From Eledone cirrhosa (Eukaryota): a stretch of DNA of 64,000 nt. The notes under the pieces were generated by a model. That model was given only the letters and a program-made list of their open reading frames with translations, ran no database searches and was not told the DNA's origin. This document shows positions 23,601-35,968 of this stretch, piece by piece. How positions within the stretch are numbered: the first letter of the stretch is position 1; every line of letters starts with the position of its first letter. The stretch spans positions 312,046,001 through 312,110,000 of the forward strand of contig OZ024742.1 in assembly GCA_964016885.1 (NCBI GenBank). The letters are read 5' to 3'. Both the position numbers and the translations under genes were made by a program.

Positions 23601-24386
23601 GCCAGGATGAAGGATTCTAGAATACCAAAACAACTCTTTTATGGAGAGTTGGTTAAAGGAAAACGATCGCCACATAAACCAAAAAAGAGGTATAAGGATT
23701 CCTTGAAGGCCTCTCTGAAAGACGCTAACATCTCTGCTGATACATGGGAGAATATATTGCTGCTGATCGTAATAAATGGAGAAAGACTGTATATGAGGGA
23801 AAGGTTGCCTTTGAGGCATCTCGAATCGCATACGAGAAAGTAAAGCGGGATGTGAGGAAGGGCATTGCTGTTGCACTTCCAGACGGCGAGGGTCCTCCTA
23901 TGGTGCTGACATACAGCGTATGTGCGAGACTCTGCCTAAGCAAAGCTGGACTCGAAAGTCATCTTCGCAGTCATAAAGTAAAGTAAGACCAGTGGTTGAC
24001 TACCAGGCTGCTGTTGGAGATGCTACTCATTATGCTTGCCAAGCATGTGGTAGAGAATGTAAATCAGCAGGAGGGCTCAAGCGACATGCAAAAGTACACG
24101 AACTCCAGCCACAGCCGACTATTCCCAGTGAATGTTTTGGTTGCCGACTCTGTGCAAGACATTTTAGATCATTGGCTAGGCTAAAAAGCCACATTCGATC
24201 GCAGCGCTGTTAGTTGCTATCGTGTGTGTGTGTGTGTGTAGATATGCTTATGTGTGTGCGTGTGTGTGTATATATATATGTATATGTATATTATTATTGT
24301 TGTTGTCGTTATTATTATTGTTGTTATGATTATTATTATTATTATTGTTATTAATGTATGTGTGTGTGTGTGTATGTATATGAATG

Positions 24387-24419
<33 letters not shown>

Positions 24420-24450
24420 TTCTTTCTTTTTTCTTTTTTATTTTTTTGTA

Positions 24451-24481
<31 letters not shown>

Positions 24482-24531
24482 TCTTTCTCCTCATGCAATG
24501 GCCATACTCGATAACGAGGGGGCAGCCATCA
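20620..24531 (+). mobile_element. RTE LINE copy 2, body and microsatellite-rich 3' UTR
   Basis: Ends GCAATGGCCATACTCGATAACGAGGGGGCAGCCATCA then (TGTA)n; same terminus as 12568-12604. Confidence 0.93.
20661..24213 (+). pseudogene. RTE-clade single ORF: APE endonuclease, RT and three C2H2-type fingers; several frameshifts and one stop
   Basis: WNVRTL, ALSETR, YAPT, GDFNARVG, WTDH; YRGISLLS, DLTKAFDTV, KQG, LYADD, YLGS, LRWSGH; breaks near 21160, 21330, 22090 and 23755, stop at 23984. Confidence 0.95.
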
Positions 24532-24585
24532 TGTATGTATGTATGTATGTATGTATGTATGTATGTATGTATGTATGTATGTATA

Positions 24586-24990
24586 AGGAGAGATGACCCC
24601 TTAGCCTTTGTCAAGGCAGAATTCTAGGAGAAGGAAAACTCTGATATAACACCTGCAACCCTGATGGTATCCAATGATGTTGACTTGTTCTTCTTTTTGG
24701 TAAATATCATCTTGGTTAAGAGAGTGGGACTGGCTTTGTGCAGTGCCTTTGCTCACTATAAAAGCTTCACGGTACAGGCATTGCTTTATATCTGGAGATC
24801 TCTCTGCACTTGTCATCACATGGTACCATGGGCCCAGCACTATGTGTCAATAATGGTCACAAGTGTAGTCTTTGTACCAGAGTTTTCAAGTCGCTGGCTG
24901 GACTAAAAAGTCACACTCGTTCAGCGCATCGGTAGAGGTTCTCCTACATGGATATAAAGTAGTGGCCGTACTCGAAAACGAGCCACCATT
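24586..24990 (+). mobile_element. Bipartite non-autonomous RTE derivative (5' UTR fused to last zinc finger and 3' end)
   Basis: Left part matches 15055-15277; 24858-24935 encodes HKCSLCTRVFKSLAGLKSHTRSAHR*; terminus GTGGCCGTACTCGAAAACGAGCCACCAT resembles the RTE end. Confidence 0.82.
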
Positions 24991-25019
24991 CTAATCGCCT
25001 CACAGGGAATATGTATATA

Positions 25020-25119
25020 CAGGGTGTCCCAAAAAATGTATACATACTTTGATTACTTGTACAGGCAATATTTATTAGAATGCACAGCCTTTGTGTATAC
25101 ATTTTTGGAGACATCCTTT
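25020..25119. mobile_element. Tc1/mariner-like MITE
   Basis: Imperfect TIR CAGGGTGTCCCAAAAAATGTATACA / TGTATACATTTTTGGAGACATCCTT; TA flanks. Confidence 0.7.
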
Positions 25120-25177
25120 TATATACACACACACACGTAAACGACAAATTCGCTCACAAGGCATTGATCAACCCGAA

Positions 25178-25620
25178 ATAATAATTGTTTCTATTTTGGG
25201 CTCAAGGCCAGCAATTAAGTCAGTACATTACTGGTACTTTATTTTATCGACCCCGTAAGGATGAAAGGCAAAGTTAACCTCGGTGGCATTTGAACTCAGA
25301 CCGTAATGGGACGTAACTCTATGCTGGAAAGCATGGCGTCCGACCCTCTACCGATACTGCCAATGTGCAACGCAGTGAGACTGAATCCGATGCTACGTAG
25401 TTACAAAGTGAACTCCTTAAGCACACAGCCATAAAATGATGAAATATTTAAATAATTCATTATAATATAATATAAGAATAGAGTTACGGCCCTTGCCATT
25501 CTGAGTTCAAATCCCGCCGAGGTTAACTTTGCATTTCATCCTTACGGGGTCGATAAAATAAAGTACCAGTAATGTACTGGGTAATTGCTGGCCTTGTGCC
25601 AATAGTAGAAACAATTATTA
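25178..25620. mobile_element. Two SINE family A copies, minus 25178-25365 and plus 25480-25620
   Basis: Core TTTCATCCTTACGGGGTCGATAAAATAAAGTACCAGT and tail GCTGGCCTTG.GCC...GAAACAATTATT on opposite strands. Confidence 0.85.
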
Positions 25621-25772
25621 ATATATATATATATATATATATATATAACTATAAGTTGAGACAACTTATGCAGCTTCATATGCAAATGAAATTAATCACC
25701 TCATTTACACAGACGAGAAAAGTATATATTCTCAGCTGTCTTTTAATCCAGCAGTCGCAAGCGGTGGGAGGG

Positions 25773-25816
25773 ACCGTCCTGACGAAGGCCAGTTAAGCCT
25801 GAAATGCATAGACGGT
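25773..25816 (+). ncRNA. Minimal type I hammerhead ribozyme with canonical core
   Basis: Helix I ACCGTC/GACGGT; CTGACGA; helix II AGGC-cagttaa-GCCT; GAAA; palindromic TGCA loop; predicted cut AUA after 25810. Confidence 0.85.
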
Positions 25817-27206
25817 TGTCCTCCTTGCTTCTGCTGGACATCACCAGAGGGCGTAACAACAACAACAATAATAATAATAATAAAAGTGATGTTGATGGTG
25901 ATGATTACTAGAAAATGCAATTTTCATCATTTCTAAAAATAGCAAAACAATTGATGCTTTGGATAGGATCAATTATTGGTCGTTAGACATGTTCAACCAG
26001 CCGTGACGCTTAAACCAATCAGCTTTAGTAATTCAGTGAAACTACACACCGATTGGTCGAAATACAGTTTGCAAGATTTAGCATTCTGGAGCCACTTTTC
26101 ACTGTATATAAGGTACAAATTTACCCATCTCATTACAGTTGAAAATTGCAAACTTGACTGTCACCACACATTATGAACCTGAAGATTGCGAAAGCATGAA
26201 AGTACTTGTTCAATTAACACTTAACATTTATTATTCTATCATACTATTTCATTATAATACCATTATAAATGTTAAAGGATTGTAAATAAAACGAGTAAAT
26301 CAGACAAAGTTGGAATTCCTCTTATTAATATAATCTTCTATACACAATCATACACACCCGTGTATATTTATCTATCTATCTCTCTCTCTCTATATATATA
26401 TATATATAATCTAAATTCATTTGTTTTACTCTATTACCTGTTTCAGCCGACAGCCTGAGGCCATGCTGGGGCACCGCTATTGTGTTTTTTTTTTTGTTTT
26501 TTTCTTCTTAGGGTGAGAATCAGTTAAGATATTTTATTCAACAAACAAATTGTTTTTTTTTTGTTTTTTTAAGAGGGGAAATATTAATTTAAAAAAAAAG
26601 AAAAGTAGAGGATAGAAACCTCCCTACCACACATACAATCCAAATCACGCCATTTCAAAAAATTAGTTGGTGTTGTTTTTTTTACATCTTACCATTTAAT
26701 TGCTCTTTGGGAATATTCTCTATCATATACTCTTGATCCTGGAATGTTCTGTGCCATGTCTTATTGCATTTAATGAAAGCCGAACGAAATGATGAACTCA
26801 TAAATCACATATTATCGAGCCTAGACGAATGGGAGCAAAGTCCTACATTGGCAGGTTTTAAATTTGAAAGACGTGGCCATAATTTAAAGAAGTAAAAAAA
26901 AAAAAAAAAAAAATGCATTTATACTTGGCATTCTAAACGTTCTGCTAGTTCAATTATGGATACTGGACGAATTCGAGGCTATGTTGTACACTAGTAGGTT
27001 TCGAATTCGGATTAAGTGACTAAAATTTAAAAAGAAGAAATCATTTTTGAAGCAAGCCAACACATTGGCAGCATTGCTGTGGATTATAGCGAGGTACTAG
27101 AATAACAAAGCACCCTCGCGAACATCACCTCAGACATTCGTAGAGTGAATCGTCAACAATAACAAGAACTTCGTTGTCAGTGACTCAGCTCGACATTATT
27201 TATTAT

Positions 27207-27389
27207 ATTGACAGTATCGGTAGAGGGTCGGGCGCCATGCTTTGCAGCACAGTTACGTCCCTTTACGGACTGAGTTCAAATCCCGCCGAGGTTAACTTTG
27301 CATTTCATCCTTACGGGGTCGATAAAATAAAGTACCAGTAATACACTGGGTTAATTGCTGGCCTTGTGCCAAAAGTAGAAACAATTATT
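27207..27389 (+). mobile_element. SINE family A, near-complete, CpG-retaining copy
   Basis: A-box-like TGACAGTATCGGTAGAG, B box GAGTTCAAATCC, conserved core and tail. Confidence 0.85.
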
Positions 27390-28379
27390 TACTATAGAGT
27401 ATATGTTCCAAATTTTACATACTGCTTTTATTTTTTTAGTTTATCTTTTTATATTGGTAGTTTCAAAATACCATCTACATACAGTAATTCGAGTCCTCGT
27501 TAGTTACTCTTCTTGTTTTGATAATAGTAACTAGTCAACATGAATCGTCCCCCATGGAAGTCATTTTCTACATAATTACCTCCCCTGAAAATGGAATCTC
27601 ATTTTGTTAAAAATGTATTTACTATATGACGACGCAGACGATCGCTAGTTTCCTCGTATTTTCTTTTATTTTGTTAATTGTCAATGTTTGTTAAGGATTC
27701 CTTTTAGGTTAAAACGGTATGTTGTCTTAATTACCAATGTATTTTGAGGTGAACTGTAATCGGAAGAAGTATCAAGTATCTCTTTTAAGTTTAAAGCTTA
27801 AACATTCACTTCGTCACCATTTGACGTCCGCTTTACCGTATTGACATGAATTTGATGGGTTGTTATGGACTAAATGAGTACTCCATCGGAAACGCCAACG
27901 TAGGCAGGTTGGAAGTCCACATTTCACTCGATATGGGGCGTGATTTCTACAACATGACGTCCTTTTTAACAGCAACCACTTTACGAAATGTACTGGGTGC
28001 AATTTATCATGGCACATGAGTCCTCTCTACTTTAAACATTTGCTTCTGATCTTGCTGCAAAATATAGTCATGCTTCTAGCTAACAAGAGTCTTTGAATTA
28101 TTGCACAACCTGCTAGAGATGACAGCCAAAACTCCCTCATTATAGTTCGACTGTAGTAGCAGAAGGCCACAATCCTCCTCTACTCATTGCGCCTTTTATA
28201 ATCAATTGTGATCCAGCAATAGGATTTTTTGTTCTGGTCATTTGAATCTCTAAGTGGAATTTTAATGCAGGATGTGATATTGCCTGGTTTTAAATTGCTT
28301 ATGTCCCAAAATTGTTGACAGATAAAATAGTCAGTTTCCATAGAATTGTTTAAATATTTGTTAGTGTCTATAAGATAAT

Positions 28380-28706
28380 ATAGACAGCAAATTGGCAGAG
28401 TCGCTACAACGTCGGATAGAATGCTTTATGGTATTCGTTCTGAGTTCAAATGTCGCCGAGGTCAACTTCACCTTTCATCTTTTCGAGGTCGATAAAGAAA
28501 GTACCAATCTAGTACTGGGGTCGTTTCTTCCTCTATGTCTCTTTTTCATTTCCTCTCTCTCTCACTTTCTAATCTTTCTCTGGAAGAAATCTGCTGTACT
28601 CAGGCCTGGAGAGAGATGGGCTCTGCCAGGCTCAAAATGCCAAGAAATGCCGTATTTCAATATGGCGCCCCTACAACTCTATCAGGAGTTATGGGACCAT
28701 ACATAA
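28380..28706 (+). mobile_element. SINE family B (same head and core as A, different tail); other copies on minus at about 32924-33225, 48124-48460, 49070-49325, 56930-57200
   Basis: Shared tail TCTCTGGAAGAAATCTG...CTCT.TCAGGAGTTA.GGGACCATAC. Confidence 0.8.
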
Positions 28707-29689
28707 GACAATAATAACTTGCTAAGTTCAGATCTTCAGGTTAGGAAAAACTATGAGACCTAAGCCAATGAAGTTACCTCAATGTTGTCACACCATACCA
28801 TTTTATATAAAACAAATTATAGGAAGAACATATAGGACAATGTAATTCTAGATAACACTATGTTTAGAACTGCTGCAATATTAAACAACCCACGAGAAAC
28901 TTAAGCACTCAACAGAAGGAAATTATATCTTTGAATAATTTAACCTTTTCGTTAACGTATTTTTCATGAAATACGCTGTATTAGAATTAATTGATAACAA
29001 ATTTGAAATGGCTTACTAAAGTTATTAATTATTTTATGATTAATATAGTACTTGTAACATAATTTAACAAAAAGTTCTTATATAAAGTTACGTTGGGAGG
29101 TTTCAATTTTAATAGGAACCCTTTCAAATAACTAATTCTGTTTCATAGAACCAGGGGCAATTTGGTATCAGAAAGCTTAACCTGAGAACTGGAATCAGTT
29201 CAAACGTACTTTCTGTTAATGATGGTCAATAAAAATATAAGAAGAAAATTTAAGATTTTTAGGGAGAAAACAATCTTATTTAATCTTATTTAAATTATTT
29301 GCATTCATCCTCATTTATTAGGTGTTGCTACCTATTGCTGCAATCAGCAATGACTATTGATCTAAAGACAGTCACCCCACTCATTCAATTTTTCAGCATA
29401 CTAATACATTGTGCTCTTGTCAATTCATAAATTCATATTTCTTATAAAATCTACAGCTTATATTTCAATTTAATTTGAAAATAATGTGGAATTTAGTAAT
29501 GTTGCTTAACTTTTTTCAATAAAATTATGATGGAAAGTTTTAATATAAGTATAAACACTTTAAAATGGGCAGTTTTGAATCATAGAACCAAGGGCAGTTT
29601 CAGATATGTTGGTAACAAAAAAAATTAAAATTTCCCTAACTTCTTTAGTAGCTGTTTAGAATATTACTTAAATTTTTTTTTTACATCAA

Positions 29690-30290
29690 ATTACAGCTGC
29701 CATCCTTCATATACATATGTCCATACCAATACAATCTCCTCTCCACACTTGCATAGATTAGATGTGTCTTCTTGAACACGTCTCACTTGTATTGTTTTGG
29801 CATCTCCTGCATGAGATTCAGTCTTCATCTGCCACAGGTTCCTTACACATGGATCATCTGCACCCAATTCTAATCCCCATACTCATTATGTCCATATGAA
29901 TTCAGACTTCTTGCACTCTACATCTGATTCCTCCTATACCAAGCTTTTTTTCTTAGCTCATTTGTGATCCATTCATGTACAATAACAAGTTATTCATCAG
30001 AATCTACTTGCTTCATTTGTATCCAGCTTTTGCACATCCTGTTTTTAATGCCTATGTTCCACTACCATGTAACACTGTACTTACACATCATAGAATCTGC
30101 CTTTCATTTGGATTTAGAATCTCTTTGTTGCCAACAGAGGCTATACTTTCTTTTTAACCTTTTCTATCCCATTTCTTAGTCCGGCTGCTATACTTTTAGA
30201 ACATCTACCTTCACTGCTAATTAAGTTGTCTAGGTAACAAATTATCAGTTAACTTCTATTTAGTTTTCTAAGCAGCATTTGAACATTTAT
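29690..30290 (-). mobile_element. Highly decayed RTE fragments related to the 49651-51662 element
   Basis: Collinear by eye with 50220-50630. Confidence 0.6.
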
Positions 30291-30294
30291 TTCA

Positions 30295-30800
30295 TGAGTT
30301 ACAGTCATGTTTACAAGTGATGGAAGGCAGAAGGCTGAATAAAATGCAAGAATTGCAGGAGTTGGTGCAGTAATATGCCAGCTTCAGCATTCGGTCATCA
30401 GAGGAAGTGGAGTAGATGGAAAAGCAAAACTCGCTATTTTCAATTTGGTATTTGTACCAACCCTTACCTATGGTCATGAATCTTGGGTAATGACCGAAAG
30501 AATACAATTGCAAATACAAGCAGCCGTTCATAGCTTTGAGATCAGAGAGTCGCTGCACGTAGAGCCACTACTTCTCTGAATTGAGAGATCACAGCTCCGA
30601 TACTACAGGCATGTGGTTAGAATGCCTCAGGAAAGAATTGCCAACTGGCAGGAGACCCAGGAATAGACCATCAGTAAGATGGTTGGATAACATCCATGAG
30701 CTCGGCTGGTTGCATTTGAGGATCCAACTGGATCAATTGGAGAAAGTTGCTTCTGACAGGATCTGCTGGAAGGAGTGCTTGAGGACTCTGCTCCTATGAC
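30295..30800 (+). mobile_element. Decayed 3' fragment of another RTE family; related pieces at about 55965-56310
   Basis: Frames give PTLTYGHESWVMTER, IERSQLRYYRHVVRMPQER and GRRPRNRPSVRWLD..VASDRICWK. Confidence 0.8.
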
Positions 30801-32420
30801 GAAAACGAAGAATTCTTATGTATCTGTGATCCCATAGGTGGACTTAATGCTACCTACCCACATCGTTTCTGAACACATAGCCCCCCGGTATGTTGTATTT
30901 CATATTTATTTTTACCACAACAAAATACACCCAGTCTACTCAATAAGGTGGCTATACTGGTGCCACAACAAAAAGTAGCCAATCCACCCTGTAAGGTGGT
31001 AGAACTGGTGCCATGAAGAAATTTCCCGGTACATGCTGTGAAGAAGTTGGTATTGGGAAGGACATCTGAGCCCAAAACATATCATATGACCTGGAAAATA
31101 GATGTTAAACAGTGATGATGATGATGATGATGATATTGTGCATGCTCACATTCTAGATGGCAGTAGAATCCTATGTTAATTCCAGCAAATTAAAACTTTT
31201 GTAGTTGCTACATTTATATAGAGGGCTCTTGATTCTAGGTTTTGCTTCCACATTTAGAATTTCTTCTCAAAATTTTCTTCAACTATGAGAAAGATTCAAT
31301 TAATGTTTCTAATTGGGTCAACAAAGGAGCATTTGTGTTCACTTGACCTGATGAATACAGCAGTTAAATTCATCATATATTCCCAATATATTTGAAAATG
31401 TTGGATGGTGTCAAATAGAACACCAAGGGCTAAAAACTAGTTTTGTCATATTTTAGTATTTCAGCCATGTTAGGGTCACCTCTATACATTCAAATCTTCA
31501 ATGAAATTTTGATTCTTATCTTTCTCTCCTACCTTGTTAATTATCATCTTAATGAAGCCTTCACTCTGTAATGTTTTATCATCATCACTGTTTAATGTCT
31601 ATTTTTCAATACTTGCATAGGTTAGACTAAAAAAGAAGGGTTTGTTAATCCAAATGTTTATAGTATCATTACCAGCAGACATATTGTTGTAAACATTTGC
31701 AGTAAACCTAGGACTTTAATAGTGAATGTAACACTCCCATAATGCAGTTTTGTATTTTTCTGGGATGTCTTGCTAATGGAGATTCATGTGGTACAGGTTG
31801 TTAGCTGTCAGGACACTGAATCCTTCAAAACTTCCATGCTTCCTTTAAATTACAACCTCATTAATAAAATAAAAGAAAGGATATATTGTATAAAATTCCA
31901 ATATATACTGTCTGAAAACAACAAATTAAGAGAGGATGGTCATGGCTAGAATACATTGGATCATAAATCTGTTCAATCAAAATTGATCTAAGGTTAGAGA
32001 ATAACAACAATTAGAACAATGAATTTGTGTGTATTAAGTTTAGAATAGGTACACACATCCTTGTTTGATGAAAGAGGCAACATTGATTCAGAGTGTTCCC
32101 TGATGAGTGTAAAGTTGTGTTACTCGTTACCATCAACACCTCTCATGTCCTTGATACCCAGACTACAATTTTCCTTTGCAAAATTGGGAGGAGTGCTAAC
32201 CTTTCCAAGGAAGGAGTCCTGTGAGGTGTAATGGCTGATGCAATGGGTATCATTAGCTGTTCTCTGCTGCAATGCTTTTGTCATCTTGTCGGGAACAACT
32301 GAGATACATCTAACAGGGATGTAAGACTGCTCTTCTTATCCCTCTTCTTTTTTCATTGTTTAATTACATGTTAGTGTATGAAATCTAACTCCTGCTTTAG
32401 AAGGGGAAAAAATTACCATA

Positions 32421-32629
32421 CCCTTTTGCATTTAAACTGACTGTATCTGGTCAGAATTCTCTCACCTCTTTCCATTCAAACCAGCTGTAACCGGCCACTC
32501 TTACTGACATCAAGGTATTGTTCTCAAAATAAATAATATCAAAATCTCATAGCTTCAATATTATGTGAGATAAAGCCTTTACCATGGAGGTGCAATAGTA
32601 TATTATAGAGTAATGTGAATGCTAAAGGG
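32421..32629. mobile_element. piggyBac-like MITE family 1, degenerate copy
   Basis: CCCTTTTGCATTTA...GAATGCTAAAGGG; internal sequence shared with the other copies. Confidence 0.75.
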
Positions 32630-34334
32630 TCAAAACAGTAGTTGTGTGTTGTAGGTAGGGCTGGACAAACTATTAAGAAAAATATGCACACACTTAGGGC
32701 ATTAAGGAAAGAAGAGAACCATTTTATTGAAACTAAATGTATTTGTCATTCTAGAAATTATTTTTTCTTTTTTTGCAGATTTTATATATAGGGTGTGCCA
32801 TAATGTTTTAAGTGCTTAAGACCTCAAAAAGAGTTAATTCAGCCCTGGCTGAAATGAATTTGATCATAAGTTTACCCAGTTAGAGCTGACCTGGGGCTAT
32901 GAAATAACATTACATTTACCTTGGTATGGTCCCGTAACTCCTGATAGAGTCATAGGGGCGCCATATTAACATACAGCGTTACTTGGGCATTTCAAGCTGG
33001 CTGAGGCCATCCCTCTCCAGACCAGATTTCTTCCAGAGAAAGATTAGAAAGTGAGAGAGAGGAAATGAGAAAGAGATATAGAGGTATAGAGGAAAAAATC
33101 GACCTCGAAAGGATGAAAGGCAAAGTTGACCTCAGTTGGATTTGAACTCTGGGAGCAGAGAACCAGAACGAATACCATAAAGCATTCTATCTGCCGTTCT
33201 AACGACTGTTAATTCACCGCCTATACAGCTATCAAATTCAATGGGGGAAAGCAAAAAAAAACAAAAACAAAAAAAAAAACAACAGAAATTTCAATAATAA
33301 GCAAAAACAATAACAATAACTACATCAGTGTATTAAAACTTTGTTTATATTTCTGTGTGTTTTTTTATATCTTTTTTTTAAATTTCATTTTATTTATCAT
33401 TCTGCCGATAATACACTCATTGTCAGGCTATATTTTTTTGTTTATTTTTTCTTTTTAATTCTGAAACCTAGGCTAGCATGATAAAACAAAACTGATCCAA
33501 ACTAAAATACCCTTATATATATATATATATATAAAAATAGGCCATCATACATGTACAAATAAACAAGAGCTGCTGGCCCCAAGAAATATTAATATGTTGG
33601 TTCCAGCAAGAAGACAAGGTCCAAAAAAGTAAATCACAAGGTTGTTGTTTCTTTTGTTCCCCCCTCCTCTTTTTTTTTGTTTTAATACATATTTAGTTTT
33701 ATAGAGACTTTCTTTTCTTTTTCAGTAAATTGATTCATAAAATTGTGTTGTGTATATTATGTATGTATGCATGTTATATATATATATATATATGTGTGTT
33801 GTGTGTGTGTGTATATATATATATGTGTGTGTGTGTATATATATATGTGTGTGTGTGTATATGTGTGTGTGTATATGTGTGTGTATATATATATGTGTGT
33901 GTGTGTATATATATGTGTGTGTGTGTGTGTATATATGTGTGTGTGTGTGTGTATATATATACACAGAAAGAGAGAGAGGAGAGAAAAGACTATCCTTATA
34001 TTTTTCTTTGTAATTTAAAAAAAAACAAAAAAAAAACTAATTGAAAATCAAATTCATTGCAATTTGAAAAGAATGCTTGGCTTAGTAGAGTATGGGGACA
34101 GCAAGTAGGGTTAGACATGGCTGAGTAAATTTTCACTGAAAAGGTAGGAGAGATGTTACATTAGCTGTAATAAGGAGATCAAAACCAGATCTATTTAAAG
34201 GATACCGTTGCAATCAACAGATTTGTCCTGTCTGCTGTGACAAAAGTGCATGAATATATATGTTCTTGTATGTGTATGTGTATGTGTCTCTCTCTGTGTG
34301 TGTTCGTGATAAGGTTGTAGTGAGGTTAATTTAA

Positions 34335-34579
34335 CCCTTTCGCTACCATATCTCTAATGAAAGTCACTGCCTATTGTTTTCAAATTATTTTGAAAATAAT
34401 CAAGAATTTGGAAATTTTGTTAAATAACTAACTTTCTCCTTATTAAACTGGTGTTTGGAACACAATAAAGGTTCTGACATAAAATTATGATGGAAGGTTT
34501 TCAGATAAATATAAACACTTTAAAATAGTTTTGTATCATAGAACCAAGGGCAGTCTGAAGCAGTTTGGTACCAAAAGAG
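34335..34579. mobile_element. piggyBac-like MITE family 2; decayed relatives near 28940-29180, 29390-29630, 52905, 62790-63440 and 63586
   Basis: TTAA-CCCTTTCGCTACCA...TGGTACCAAAAGAG-TTAA. Confidence 0.7.
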
Positions 34580-34742
34580 TTAAATCAAACGTATGAGTGT
34601 AACATACTGAGATTCTAGAAGGTCAATCCGAAAATAAAATTTTGTAATTTATCAGCTTTCATTTTCTGCTTTAATTAAGAAAAAGAATTTAGAAAAATAA
34701 AATAAAATAAAATAAAATAAAATGTACAGCATTAAAATTTGA

Positions 34743-35067
34743 AATAATAATTGTTTCTACTTTAGGCACAAGGCCAGCAATTTGAAGGGGAGGGGGAAAG
34801 TTGATTAAATCAACCCCAGTACTTACTGGTGCTTTATTTTATCAAACACATAAGGATGAAAGGCAAAGCTAACCTCGGCGGGATTTGAATACAGAACGTA
34901 AAGGGCCATAACTCAATGCCACAAAGCATACCGATACTACCAATCCACCGCCACTTGAAATAATAATAATAATTATTATTATTTCTACTTTTGGCACAAG
35001 GCCACCAATTATCCCAGTGCATTACTGGTACTTTATTTCATCGACCCCGTAAGGATGAAAGGCAAAA
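34743..35067 (-). mobile_element. Tandem SINE family A copies
   Basis: Tail, core and B box (GGATTTGAA on plus) on the minus strand, followed by a partial second copy. Confidence 0.8.
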
Positions 35068-35642
35068 GAAATATTTGAATATTCTGACATGTTGAGAACT
35101 AACGAGAACCTAGTTTACTTTCGAAGTATCACCAAAAAGAACAAAAAAACTTCAATAAGAAAATAGGGAACAGAACAAACAAACCAAATAGTTTAATTAA
35201 AAGAAATTAAAATAAAATATAATTTTGAAGTATAAAGATAAAATATCTTCATACTAAGAATTAATTTTAGCTAGGCACAAGGCCAGACTTGAAGCAAAAG
35301 CGTATAGCTAATTTAGAGATCTCCAAACTCTATAGACCATCAATCCCTTCATGAAATCCTTGATCTCTCATTGACTCCAGATATGTACAAAATATATGTA
35401 AGCAAATAGATAAATCAATAAACAGATTATAAATCAAAAAGACGATAAAGACTAATTATAAATAAATCAGAAACCTGTATAAAGATGTATTTTATTTTAG
35501 GTATCGTCAATTCTAATACAAATATCATGTTTTAGCCAAAAATTCCAATTGCCCCATGGTTAGTTCCATGAAGCCCTTGGGGTTGATATCCTCAACTTTG
35601 GTGACCCTTAATTTAATCAACAGCAACATATAATTGTTTTAT

Positions 35643-35673
<31 letters not shown>

Positions 35674-35775
35674 GAGAGAATGTGTGTGTTGGCATTTACT
35701 TAGAGTAAGGTATAAACTCCTGGAGAAATGACAGTCTAAGTCATATCATATAATCTAACCAAACTAACCTTTTAA

Positions 35776-35968
35776 CCCTTTAGAATTTAAACCGGCCATA
35801 TCCGGCCAGAATTCTCTCACCTCTTTCTCTTCAAACCGGCTATAACTTTGTTCTCAAAATAAATATCAAAATTTTGTAGATTTGATATTATGTGAGATAA
35901 TTATATGAAATAAAGTGTTTACTGTGAAAATATAATAGTAAATATGGAGTAATGTAAATGCTAAAGGG
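35776..35968. mobile_element. piggyBac-like MITE family 1
   Basis: TTAA TSD on both sides; TIR CCCTTTAGAATTTA / TAAATGCTAAAGGG. Confidence 0.85.

Noticed and set aside
15317-23943. Many antisense and alternate-frame ORFs over the LINEs
   Set aside because: Shadow frames of ORF1, ORF2 and the RTE ORF with no motifs of their own.
15311-24213. One three-ORF element or a fused double-RT gene
   Set aside because: The Tx1 has its own stop, 3' UTR and AATAAA end, and an RTE leader lies upstream of it, so this is a nested insertion.
26700-27190. Coding-like peptides such as HILSSLDEWEQ and IIFEASQHIGSIAVDY
   Set aside because: Frames are short, interrupted by stops and match no family I recognise.
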